Source: Octopus sinensis (Eukaryota). Taken from it: DNA of 64,000 nt. This document shows positions 49,400-61,445 of the stretch, in pieces (position 1 is the stretch's first letter; each line of letters opens with the position of its first letter). The position numbers and the translations under genes were made by a program. The DNA lies in assembly GCF_006345805.1 (NCBI RefSeq), contig NC_042999.1:24366001-24430000 (forward strand), written 5' to 3'. The notes under the pieces were generated by a model. That model did no database searches. It worked only from the letters and a program-made list of their open reading frames with translations, and was not told the DNA's origin.

Positions 49400-50000
49400 C
49401 CTAACCACAAGAGTGCATACACTAAGAAAGACCCCTAAATAAGAACTAGATGTCTGATACCTACTTAGTACCTCCAATTCCCAAATTTTAAAATTACCTA
49501 ACAAGAACAGGAGGTGGCATATCCATTGGTGTACACCTTCCTTCTTAAATGTTAAGGGATTGCCAAAACAGTTTCTTAGTATTGTTAAATCTAATTTTCC
49601 CCCACAACATAAGCACCACTCAATTTTTAATTTCATCATCATCGTTTTGCGTTCGCTTTCCATGGGTTGGACAGTTCAACTGGGGTCTGGGAAGCCAGAA
49701 GGCTGCACCAGGCTCCAGTCTGATCTGGCAATGTTTCTATGGCTGGATACCCTTCCTGACGCCAACCACTCCATGAGTGTAGTGGGTGCTTTTTACGTGC
49801 CACCGGCACAGGTGCCAGACGAGGCCGGCAAACGGCCACGATCGGATGGTGCTTTTTACGTGCCACCGGCATGGAGGCCAGTCGGGGCGGCACTGGCAAC
49901 AGCCACGTTTGGATGGTTCTCTTATGTGCCACCGGCACTGGTATCACATGATTAAACTGTCATCAGTTGCAGCAGCTTCAAAGAGAAGTAAACTTGATCA
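49400..50000 (+). mobile_element. PLE C-terminal fragment interrupted by an RTE 3' UTR
   Basis: WCTPSFLNVKGLPKQFLSIVKSNFPPQHKHHSIFN ... IKLS; homologous to 54290-54600. Confidence 0.55.
49632..49950 (-). mobile_element. RTE 3' UTR fragment with (GAT)n tail
   Basis: Matches 52582-52800; about three ~60-bp subunits. Confidence 0.85.
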
Positions 50001-50139
50001 TTGTAACTCACACAACCCCTACCAATAACAATAGTAATAGGTAGAAACTATAATAAATAACAGTTGAGGGAACATTGGCAATGGTAATCAACTTAACAAG
50101 AATAATCATAATAATAATTCATTCATTTATTGGCCACAA

Positions 50140-50760
50140 GGGCTAACAAAAATCAATTAAAACATAAAGGGACAAAACACAGGACGAAAGTTACAAAGGG
50201 TTTTGTCCGTTTGAAATGGCTTCAAATTTTGGCACAGGCCAGAAATTTCAGGGGAGCGGATAAGTTGATTATATCAATCCCAATGCTCAAATGGTACTTA
50301 TTTTATTGACCCCAAAAAGTTGACCTCAGTAGAATTTGAACTCAGAATATAAAGACAGATGAAATGCTAACAATTTTGTCAGCTCACTACTTTAACAATA
50401 AGAATAATATTAATAATAATAATACAACTGATTAGAATTATAGGAAGTGTAACTATGAAAATATTAGTGAAAATGTAGGTAGCAATACTAATCTCAGATG
50501 ACTTACACCCCTCTAATAATAATAGTATCTATGATATGGAAACTGAAAGAAGCTTGTTGTATATATATATGTGTGTTTGTGTGTCTATGTTTGTCTCCCC
50601 CAACATCGCTTGACAACCAATGCTGGTGTGTTTACATCCCCATAACTTAGCAGTTCAGCAAAAGAGACCGAAAGAATAAGTTCTGGGGTCAATTTGCTCG
50701 ACTAAATGCAGTGCTCCAGCATGGCCACAGTCAAATGACTGAAACAGATAAAAGAATAAT
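50140..50760. mobile_element. Degenerate SINE A (minus, ~50140-50400) and SINE B 3' half (plus, ~50560-50760)
   Basis: gttgacctcagtagaatttgaactcagaat; gcagtgctccagcatggccacagtcaaatgactgaaac. Confidence 0.7.
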
Positions 50761-50769
50761 CTCAAATCA

Positions 50770-52000
50770 TATAAAACTCCTCCTCACAACCCTCTGGACA
50801 AATTTGAACTGGACATTCTGAATATGATTAGGAACATCAAATTTTCCAAATTTAAATCTGCATACCAGAGGTCACTCACAAAAATAGCAAGGCAAGTTGC
50901 AGGATTATCCAAAATACACATCTTTTCCGATAAGACAGGAAATTTATATTCACTCACCATTGAGGATTATATGGATTTCATTAGAAAAGACCTGCACAAG
51001 TCTTGATATCTGCCCTTAATACCATCAATAACCAACATTGTGGGCTGGTCTGCAAGTTGGAAGTGGGTGATAGATCAGAGCCCCATAACACAAAAATGCC
51101 ACTTTTCAGTCTCAAAGATCACAAGCCAGATTTCATTACCAAACCCTCAATAAGACTCATCTGCCCTACTAGATCTGACCTTGGATGAATTAGTAAAAAT
51201 ATTTTAATAATACTAGCAATTAAGAAGAAATTGAATGTTAACCTATAGTCTTGTACAGGTGAAATAATGGCTTAGTTTCATTTCCTAAATAACAAGAGCA
51301 ATTCTTCTTTTGTACAATTTGACATTAACAATTATTATGTCTTTATCTCTCCCATCCTCCTTAATAAAGCCCTTATTCTCACTAGAAAAATAACGTTACT
51401 CCTCTAGAAATTGATGTTATTCTAGCAGCTAGAGAAACCTTGACTATCTTTAATAACAAACCTTGGTTCAGGGCATCACATAATAATTTCTTTGACATAA
51501 CTATGCGCTCCTCTGACTCCTCTCAAATCACAGATCTCATGAGGCTTTACCTCCTCCAGTGACTCTGCATGTATTTTGTAGCTATCCAAAGGGATCTATA
51601 TAGGGATGACACTTTCCTGATTGCCATGGGCCTCTCTAAACCAGCTTTAGAAAAAAACCAGAATGGCTCTACATAAGTTCTTAGCTAATTTTAACCTATC
51701 TACTACATCTGAGAATACCAATAAAATAGCTAATTTTCTAGATATTACATTAGCTTTAAATGTTTCTTTATACTCTCCCTACCATAAACCTAATGAATAC
51801 CTAAAATATATTATTTTATACTCAAATCACCATAAATCTGTTTTTAATAGCATAATTAAAGCTCTATCGATTAGAATCTCAGATCTATCAGCAACAGAAG
51901 AAATATTTAATAACCATGTCACCTAGCACTTGCAGTTTGTGCCTCTCACAAAACATTACATTCTTATCTAACTCTTGGCTTCAGAACTATCTATCTTGAC
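50770..52000 (+). mobile_element. Penelope-like element RT (Naiad-like), decayed
   Basis: FSDKTGNLY, SLKDHKPDFITKPSIRLICPTRSDLG, FDITMRSSDS, LYRDD (51599-51610), NFLDITL, YHKPNE. Confidence 0.8.
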
Positions 52001-52499
52001 TACACCCATACCCTAATAGCATGGATATAACATCCCCAAACTAGGAACCATAAAAAGCTTAAAATGTGGTGTATTAACTCCACCTCTCACACACCCCTAT
52101 TATATTCATGCAAGATGCGATTTAAAAAAGAAAATTCCCAGATTTGTAATATCTGTATTTTTCTATGTGGATTGAAAAAAAAAATTGAAAAGAAGTTAAA
52201 AATTAAGAAATTAGGGTGAGTTGGGGGCGGGGAAATTAAGATTTTGAAAATGCGATTTTTGGGCAAAATCGTACTCTCCTATACCGAAAACATAGAAGTT
52301 GATATGCTCAAGTACAATTCGATTCAAATATATACAATGTAAAGATATACCTAACTAATAACTAACCCAATGGTTCCAATATTGAGAAGAAAAAATAGGT
52401 AATATCAAAAATATAGTTCTAGACCTGAGTAATAATATATTACAAATTAAATATAACTTTGGATATTTGATATAAAAATTCTAATTTTCAGACCTATGT

Positions 52500-52523
52500 T
52501 CCAAACTTTTGGCCACGACTGTA
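52500..52523 (-). mobile_element. Tc1-like terminal inverted repeat remnant
   Basis: Reverse complement TACAGTCGTGGCCAAAAGTTTGG resembles Tc1 TA|CAGT..GGCCAAAAGT termini; partner end not found. Confidence 0.4.
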
Positions 52524-52751
52524 CTGTTCAACAACAACAACAACAACAATATATATAATCAGGTTGACTAAAAAGTAAGCAACATCATCATCATCATCAT
52601 CATCATCATTTAGCGTCCGTTCTCCATGCTAGCATGGGTTGGACGGTTCAACTGGGGTCTGTGAAGCTGGAAGGCTTCATCAGGCCCAGTCAGATCTGGC
52701 AGTGTTTCTACGGCTGGATGCCCTTCCTAACGCCAACCACTCCGTGAGTGT

Positions 52752-53470
52752 AGTGGGTGCTTTTTACGTGCCACCTGCACAGGTGCCAGACAGAGCTGGC
52801 AAACGGCCACGAACGGATGGTACTTTTACGTGTCACCGGCACGGGGCCCAGGCGAGGCTGGCAACGGACACGAACGGATGGTGCTTTTACGTGCCACCAA
52901 CACGGGGGCCAGACAGAGCTGGCAAACGGCCACGAAACGGATGGTGCTTTTACGTGTCACCGGCACGGGGGCCAGGCGAGGCTGGCAACGGGCACGAACG
53001 GATGGTGCTTTTACATGCCACCGACACGGGGGCCAGACAGGGCTGGCAAACGGCCACGAACGGATGGTGCTTTTACGTGTCACCGGCACGGGGGCCAGGC
53101 GAGGCTGGCAACGGACACGAACAGATGGTGCTTTTACATGTCACCGACATGGGGGCCAGACAGGGCTGGCAAACGGCCACAAACGGATGGTTCTTTTACA
53201 TGTCACCGGCACGGGGGCCAGACAGAGCTGGCAAATGGCCACGAACAGATGGTGCTTTTACGTGTCACCGGCACGGGGGCCAGACAGAGCTGGCAAACGG
53301 CCACAAACGGATGGTGCTTTTACGTGTCACCGGCACGGGGGCCAGGCCAGGCTGGCAACGAACACGAACGGATGGTGCTTTTACGTGCCACCTACACGGG
53401 GGCCAGACAGGGCTGGCGAACGGCTACGAACGGATGGTACTTTTACGTGTCACCTGCACGGGGGCCCTGA
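52752..53470. repeat. ~61-bp minisatellite (~12 units) inside the RTE 3' UTR
   Basis: Unit tggtgcttttacgtgtcaccggcacgggggccag(acagagctggcaa/gcgaggctggca)acggccacgaacgga. Confidence 0.9.
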
Positions 53471-53514
53471 TGTTGATCAACCTCAATTTGGTTTGATCTT
53501 GATTTTGACTGTTC

Positions 53515-54270
53515 TCACTGGTCTTGCCGGGTTTTCTCACGCACAGCATACCTCCAAAGGTCTAAGTCACTGGTCATTTCCTTGGTGAGACCTAAAGTTC
53601 GAAGGTCGTGCTTCACCGCCTCGACCCAGGTTTTCCTGGGTCTACCTCTTCCACAGGTCCCCTCAACTGCCAGGGTGTGGCACTTTCGCACACAACTATC
53701 TTCAGCCATTCTCATCACATGACCATACCAGCGCATACGTCTCTCTTGCACACAACAACTGATGCTTCTTAGGTTCAACTTTTCTCTCAAGGTACTTACA
53801 CTCTGTCGATTATGAACACTGACGTTACACATCCATCGGAGCATACTAGCTTCATTTCTTGCGAGCTTACGCAAATCCTCAGCAGTCACAGCCCAAGTTT
53901 CACTACCATGTAGCATGGCTGTACGTACACATGCATCATACAGTCTGCCTTTTACTTTGAGCGAGAGGCCTTTTGTCACCAGCAGAGGTAAGAGCTCTCT
54001 AAACTTTGCCCAGGCTATTCTTACTCTAGCAGTTATACTCTCAGCGCACCCGCCCCCGCTACTGACTTGGTCACCTAGGTAACGGAAACTATCAACTACT
54101 TCTAGCTTTTCTCCCTGGAAAGTGATGGAAGTTGGTCTCAGAGCATTTTCAGTGTTAATTGTTCCTGAGCATCTGCCACATACAAAAACCATTTTCCTAG
54201 TTAGCCTTCCTTTGACATTGCTGCACCTCTTATGTGTCCATAGCTTACACTTGGTGCATCTTATAACGTT
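53515..54270 (-). pseudogene. RTE ORF2 C-terminal ~250 aa (Cys/His finger, RT end, thumb), uninterrupted
   Basis: RCTKCKLWTHKRC...VCGRC; VDSFRYLG; LHGSETW; RRMRWYGHVMRM; RGRPRKTW. Confidence 0.85.
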
Positions 54271-54289
54271 TAAATGAAATAGAATCTTC

Positions 54290-54600
54290 AATACCAACTC
54301 CAACCAAAAAACATAAATCCACACCCACTTCCTGATGACCTAATAAAAGTGGAGGGAGAACAGTACTTTGGTATACCACCCCACTCTTCTCTTTAAATGT
54401 TAAGGGTTTACCCAGGCCCTTTCTCGACGTCATTTATTCCAACTTTCCTCACCACCATAAGTACTACTCTATCCTTAATAGATCCACCCTCAAATTATCT
54501 TACTTCTCACTGCCTAATATTGAATCCATCATAGCCTCATTGAATAAATGCATGCTTAATAGATATTACCAAAATAACAATTCTAAGGAGAATAGTAAAT
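54290..54600 (+). mobile_element. PLE C-terminal fragment
   Basis: RTVLWYTTPLFSLNVKGLPR...NFPHHHKYYSILNRSTLKLSYFSLPNIESII. Confidence 0.7.
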
Positions 54601-54629
54601 AGAATAATATCGAAATCGATCAACATCAA

Positions 54630-55015
54630 TGGAAATTGTAGCTGTGATACCAGTGCCGGTGGCACGTAAGAGAACCATCCGAACGTGGCCATTGCCAGCG
54701 CCGCCCCGACTGGCTTCCGTGTCGGTGGCACGTAAAAAGCACCATCCGATCGTGCCCATTGCCAGCTTCGCCTGGCCTCCATGCCGGTGGCATGTAAAAA
54801 GCACCATCCGATAGTGGCCATTTGCCAGCCTCGTCTGGCACGTAAAGAGCACCCACTACACTCATGGAGTGGTTGGCATTAGGAAGGGCATCCAGCCGTA
54901 GAAACACTGCCAGATCAGACTGGGCCTGGTGCAGCCTTCTGGCTTCCCAGACCTCAGTTGAACCGTCCAACCCATGCTAGCATGGAAAGTGGATGCTAAA
55001 CGATGATGATGATGA
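54630..55015 (+). mobile_element. RTE 3' UTR copy with (GAT)n tail
   Basis: Reverse complement of 52582-52800 and 49632-49950. Confidence 0.85.
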
Positions 55016-55383
55016 TTATAATAATAGGAGTACTAGTGATAATATGACTAGAGGTAACATCGACAACATGAGTAATAACAATGCTAATAATAATAATTAT
55101 TATTGCTTTGGTGCAGTACCAGGCAGTGGCTCTCATGGTATTTGATCTTAACTGATTGGGAGTGCTATCATGTACATGTTTTGTTTTGGTATAAAAGATG
55201 GGCTACAGCAAGTATTCTGCTCAATACCACAGATTTGCTTGTCAGTTGTTTTGACCGTAACCAGTTGAGCATGTCCCTTAGTGGCTGACAATATGTGCAT
55301 CTTTGATCATGAGCAGAAGTAGTGGGGGAGCATCATAGCCATGTGTTGAGAGGAAGCATGGGTGTTTCATTCAACATCCTTAA

Positions 55384-55603
55384 CCCTTTCGTTACCAACC
55401 CGGCTGAAACCGGCTCTGGCTCTGTATACAAATGTCTTGTTTTCATTAGTTTTGAATTAAAACCTTCCACCAAACCTTAGTCATAGTTTATGTTCCTAAC
55501 ACTAGCTGAATGATAACTAAGTTATTTTAGTAAATTCTTTGTTATATTTAAAGTAATTGAAAGAAACACAGAGCATCTCAAAATAAATACAGTTATGAAA
55601 GGG
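55384..55603. mobile_element. piggyBac-type MITE, copy 1
   Basis: TTAA|CCCTTTC ... GAAAGGG|TTAA. Confidence 0.85.
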
Positions 55604-55649
55604 TTAAACAACCCTTATTCAGGGACCTTTTGAGTGGGATGGGCTTTCC

Positions 55650-55683
<34 letters not shown>

Positions 55684-55857
55684 AGTTAAATCCCTTGTGT
55701 TATACACTTCTGATCAGCTTCTATTTGTTTCACCTCCCACTGCTTCATTCATCCCTGTCTCAACCACACATCTCTATCACCCATTAATTACTATGTCACT
55801 TATCTTCTTCTTATCTACTCTCTTCTATTCATTACAATATACCAGCTGTCCATTTAA

Positions 55858-56063
55858 CCCTTTCATTACTGTATTTATTTTGAGGTGCTCTGTGTTTCTT
55901 TCAATTACTTTAAATATAACAAAGAATTTAATAAAATAACTTAGTTATCATTCAGCTAGTGTTAGGAACATAAACTATGACTAAGGTTTGGTGGAAGATT
56001 TTAATTCAAAACTTATGAAAACAAAACATTTGTACCACAGAGCCAAAGCCGGTAACAAAAGGG
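55858..56063. mobile_element. piggyBac-type MITE, copy 2, inverted relative to copy 1
   Basis: TTAA|CCCTTTC ... AAAAGGG|TATA; body is the reverse complement of 55384-55603. Confidence 0.8.
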
Positions 56064-56566
56064 TATAGAAATGGTAATAGATGTGTCTGATCCTTTAATC
56101 TCTCTTGACACTCACCCTTCCTTGTAAAGTATAATATTGAGCCTGTGTATAAAGGGGAACATCAGGTCAGATTCGCTTATATCCAATATACTCTGCCAGT
56201 CATCACGACCCCCCCCCCCCCCAGAATCTTCATTGTTAACCATCCATCATTCTTGATATTTTCCAGCTCTCTTACCCTCCATCTCTCTCTTTCTCTCTCA
56301 CACTGGCATGCATGTAACTCCTTTCATTATCTCCCCCACACCAACCCCCAGCACTCTTCTGTCAAATTCTACCAGCCTTGCACCCTAATCACACTGTTTC
56401 CTCCCATTGTATGTGGCTGTGTGGTAAGAAGTTTACTTCCAAACTACATGGTTCCGGGTTCAGTCTCATTGCGTTGCACCTTGAGTATGTTTTCTATTAT
56501 ATCCTTGGGCCAACCAAAGCCTTGTGAGTGGATTTGGCAGGCAGGAACTGAAAAAAGCCCATGTCA

Positions 56567-56648
<82 letters not shown>

Positions 56649-56650
<2 letters not shown>

Positions 56651-57053
56651 CACAGGAGTGGCTGTGTGGTAAGTAGCTTGCTTACCAACCACATGGTTCC
56701 AGGTTCAGTCTCACTGTGTGGCACCTTGTGCAAGTGTCTTCTACTATAGCCTCAGGCCACCCAAAGCCCTGTGAGTGGATTTGGTAGATGGAAACTGAAA
56801 GAAGCCCATCATATGTATGTATGTATGCGTGTGTATATATTTTTGTGTGTCTGTTGTTGTCCCCTCAACATCGCTTGACAACTGATGCTGGTGTGTTTAC
56901 TTTCCATAACTTAGCAATTCAGCAAAAGAGACTGATAGAATAAGTACTAGATTTACAAAGAAAATGTCCTGGGGTCGATTTGTTTGACTAAACGCGGTGC
57001 TCCAGCATGGCCACAGTCAAATGACTGAAACAAGTAAAAGAGTAAAGAGTAAA
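56649..57053 (+). mobile_element. SINE family B, full length
   Basis: Head ggcacaggagtggctgtgtggtaagtagc to tail gagtaaagagta; a partial head also at ~56410-56560. Confidence 0.9.
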
Positions 57054-57061
57054 TGCATATA

Positions 57062-57465
57062 CTCTTTCTCTTTTTACTCTTTTACTTGTTTCAGTCATTT
57101 GACTGCGGCCATGCTGGAGCAACGCCTTTAGTCGAGCATATCGACCCCGGGACTTATTCTTTGTAAGCCTAGTACTTATTCTATCGGTTTCTTTTGCCAA
57201 ACCGCTAAGTGACGGGGACGTAAACACACCAGCATCGGTTGTCAAGCAATGCTAGGGGGACAAACACAGACACACAAACACATACACACACATACATATA
57301 TACGACAGGCTTCTTTCAGTTTCCATCTACCAAATCCACTCACAAGGCATTGGTCGGCCCGGGGCTATAGCAGAAAACACTTGCCCAAGGTGCCACGCAG
57401 TGGGACTGAACCCGGAAACATGTGGCTGGTTAGCAAGCTACTTACCACACAGCCACTCCTGCGCC
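57062..57465 (-). mobile_element. SINE family B, full length, tail-to-tail with previous copy
   Basis: Reverse-complement orientation, ~10-bp spacer. Confidence 0.9.
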
Positions 57466-57679
57466 TATATATATATATATATCAATCATCATCATTCATC
57501 CGTTTTCTAAGCTGGCATGGGTTCTCCAGTTTGAGAGAAGCTGTGCAACTGAAGGGCTGTTCAGGCTCCAGTAGTCTGTTTTGGCATGGTTTCCACGGTT
57601 GAGAGTGTACTGAGTGCTTTTTACATGACACCAGCACCTATGTCTTTATATATACACACACATACATAATATATATGTG

Positions 57680-58017
57680 TGTGCTTTTTTGTGTCTGTGT
57701 TTACCTGTCACCACCACTTGACCACCAGTGTTGGTCTGTTTATATTCCCATTACTTAGCAGTTCAGCAAAAGTGACCGATAGAATAAGTACCAGGTTCTA
57801 AAAAAAAGAGACAGCTGAGGAGTGGATGTGTGGTAAATAACTTGCTTACTAACCACATGGTCCCAGGTTTAGTCCCACTGCATAGCACTTTCAGCAAGTG
57901 TCTTCTACTATAGCCTCGGGCTGACCTAAGCCTTGTGAGTGAATTTGGTTGAGGGAAACTGAAAGAAGCCCATCGATATATATATATATATAAATTGAAT
58001 TCTTTATATATATATAT

Positions 58018-58055
<38 letters not shown>

Positions 58056-58399
58056 TTATTTGAGGGAATAAAATCCAAACTTAAAAGGAAAAAGAATTCA
58101 ATTTAGAAATACTAAATCAAATTCCACACAATATAATATATATATATAAAATATTAGAAAAAAAACACCTTTTATCAATTCAAAATGAATAATTAAATTA
58201 CACCATCTAGAAAATTACATATAATAGAAAAGTTAAAATAATAGGTACCTATTATATACATTATATTATTTTTGTAATTTACTTAATCTTTACTTTCTAT
58301 TGTTATTTTAATTTTAACTTTTCTATATATGTAATTTTCTAGATGGTGTAATTTAATTATTCATTTTGAATTGATAAAAGGTGTTTTTTTCTAATATTT

Positions 58400-58449
<50 letters not shown>

Positions 58450-58760
58450 CATATATTTTTGTGTGTGTGTGTTTGTCCCCCACCATTGCTTGACAACCAA
58501 CGCTGGTGTGTTTATGTTCCCATAACTTAACGGTTTGGCAAAAGAGCCCGATAGAATAAGTACTAGGCTTACAAAGAATAAGTCCTGGGGCAGGGGCTGG
58601 GGGTCAGTTTGCTCGACTAAAGGTGGTGCTCCAGCATGGTCACTGTCAAATGACTGAAACAAATAAAAGAAAGAAAAGTATATACTGGAGTCAATTCATT
58701 CAATTCAAAAGATTCTTAGAGGTGGTGTTCCAGCATGGCCGCAGTCTAATGACTGAAACA
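57680..58760 (+). mobile_element. Further SINE family B fragments (57680-57980, 58470-58760)
   Basis: Shared head and tail motifs. Confidence 0.65.
58143..58404. repeat. AT-rich inverted repeat, ~95-bp arms, ~72-bp spacer
   Basis: aaatattagaaaaaaaacaccttttatcaattcaaaatgaataattaaattacaccatctagaaaattacat and its reverse complement. Confidence 0.9.
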
Positions 58761-58824
58761 AAAGATGGAAGATAAAAGATAACCCTCACTGCTCTTATCC
58801 TGTTTTTCTATCATTACTTCTTAA

Positions 58825-59045
58825 CCCTTTGGCATTTAAACTGGCCATATCCGGCCAAAAGTATTCTGCCTGTTTTATGTTCAAACTGGCCAGATCTGGT
58901 CTCTCACACCAACCCTACAATATCGTTTGAAAAATTAACAGCTACCTCATCAAAATCTCATAGCTACAAGATAATGCATGATTAGTTCAAAACAATGGGA
59001 ATGAAAAAGGGTTAATTTTGGCAGAATAATATGAACACTAAAGAG
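58825..59045. mobile_element. piggyBac-type MITE, second family
   Basis: TTAA|CCCTTT ... AAAGAG|TTAA (one terminal mismatch). Confidence 0.6.
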
Positions 59046-59279
59046 TTAAATGAAGTCACTGTATAATTGAGGATGCTCTTCAGACATGTTGAGGACATGA
59101 CAATCTCTCCAGTATTGGCACCATGATAAATGGTATTCAGTATACTCTGTAAAATAGTTGGTGTTAGAAGGCACATTCAGCTATAGAAATCATGCCAAAA
59201 GTTGAATTGACCAGTGAGACATTGTTCCCTCCTCCCGCCCCATCTAACAAGGCAGTCACTTTGAGTAAAATGTAACTCT

Positions 59280-60647
59280 GACCATAACAGTGTATCTAAT
59301 CCAGACTCAGACCATGACAGTGTATCTAATCCAGACTCAGACCATGACTGTATCTAATCCAGACTCAGACCATGACAGTGTATCTAATCCAGACTCGGAT
59401 CATAACAGTGTATCTAATCCAGACTCAGACCATAACAGTGTATCTAATCCAGACTCAGACCATAACAGTGTATCTAATCCAGACTCAGACCATAACAGTG
59501 TATCTAATCCAGACTCGGATCATAATAGTGTATCTAATCCAGACTCAGACCATGACAGTGTATCTAATCCAGACTCAGACCATGACAGTGTATCTAATCC
59601 AGACTCAGACCATAACAGTGTATCTAATCCAGACTCAGACCATAACAGTGTATCTAATCCAGACGCAGACCATGACAGTGTATCTAATCCAGACTCAGAC
59701 CATAACAGTGTATCTAATCCAGACTCAGACCATGACAGTGTATCTAATCCAGACTCGGATCATAACAGTGTATCTAATCCAGACTCAGACCATAACAGTG
59801 TATCTAATCCAGACTCAGACCATGACAGTGTATCTAATCCAGACTCAGACCATGACAGTGTATCTAATCCAGACTCAGACCATGACAGTGTATCTAATCC
59901 AGACTCGGACCATGACAGTGTATCTAATCCAGACTCGGACCATGACAGTGTATCTAATCCAGACTCAGACCATGACAGTATATCTAATCCAGACTCGGAT
60001 CATAACAGTGTATCTAATCCAGACTCAAACCATAACAGTGTATCTAATCCAGACTCAGACCATGACAGTGTATCTAATCCAGACTCGGATCATAATAGTG
60101 TATCTAATCCAGACTCAGACCATGACAGTGTATCTAATCCAGACTCGGATCATGACAGTGTATCTATCCAGACTCAGACCATGACAGTATATCTAATCCA
60201 GACTCAGACCATAACAGTGTATCTAATCCAGACTCAGACATGACAGTGTATCTAATCCAGACTCAGACCATGACAGTGTATCTAATCCAGACTCGGACCA
60301 TGACAGTGTATCTAATCCAGACTCGGACCATGACAGTGTATCTAATCCAGACTCGGACCATAACAGTGTATCTAATCCAGACTCGGATCATAACAGTGTA
60401 TCTAATCCAGACTCAAACCATAACAGTGTATCTAATCCAGACTCAGACCATGACAGTGTATCTAATCCAGACTCGGATCATAATAGTGTATCTAATCCAG
60501 ACTCAGACCATGACAGTGTATCTAATCCAGACTCGGATCATGACAGTGTATCTAATCCAGACTCAGACCATGACAGTATATCTAATCCAGACTCAGACCA
60601 TAACAGTGTATCTAATCCAGACTCAGACCATGACAGTGCATCTAATC
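59280..60647. repeat. 30-bp tandem satellite, ~45 units
   Basis: Unit acagtgtatctaatccagactcagaccat(g/a); recurrent variants; three small deletions. Confidence 0.95.
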
Positions 60648-61244
60648 TCGCAACACCAGCATGGAAAGTCGATATAAAATGATGATGATGATGATGAAGT
60701 GTATGTGTGTGCATGCTTACATACATATATACACTCACTCTATATATTTGGGTTGTCTACAAATATATGGGGTTTTTTTTATATTCAAATCATGGCTATT
60801 AATTTACAAAACTATACACACACACACACACATCCACCTATCCATACATACATATACGTATGTACATTCATATGTGCATATGAATGCATGTACAACCAGC
60901 TCCATGGTGGAAAGTGAAGTTTAAGACCATGCTGTAGGTGCAAGGGTAAGCTTAAAGTTAACCTGAAAATGACAAGGATTTTCAAAGAAATATTTGAAAA
61001 ATCTGCATTGAATCATAACAAATAGAGATTAACATGCTATAAGAACAATGATATTGAGCTGTGTGGATCATCTTCAAGAAATAAGAGCAATGACAAAGTC
61101 TCGAACTAATATGCCATCAAAATAAAACAGAACTCTAAGAGTACTTTTATATGGTTGTTTTTACCTGCCAGAAATAGCAACTAAATCATACTCTACCATC
61201 TTAAAATTGGGAAGGACATATTGAATAATGTAGTTCTAGATACA

Positions 61245-61445
61245 ATCATCATCATCATTTAGCGTCCGCTTTCCATGCTAGCATGGGTTGGAAGGTTCAA
61301 CTGGGGTCTGGGAGGCCAGAAGGCTGCACCAGGCCCAGTTTGATCTGGCAATATTTCTACGGCTGGATGCCCTTCCTAACGCCAACCACTCCGTGAGTGT
61401 AGTGGGTGCTTTTTACGTGCCAGACGGGGCTGGCAAACGGCCATA
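61245..61445 (-). mobile_element. RTE 3' UTR short copy
   Basis: tcatcatcatttagcgtccgctttccatgctagcatgggttgga... as at 52582. Confidence 0.85.

Larger units (their letters stand above)
52582..54275 (-). mobile_element. RTE-clade LINE, 5'-truncated, with expanded 3' UTR and (GAT)n tail
   Basis: ORF 53515-54324 plus UTR 52582-53515. Confidence 0.9.

Noticed and set aside
52639-53588. Three long ORFs over the 61-bp array
   Set aside because: Antisense to the RTE 3' UTR; open only because of the repeat unit
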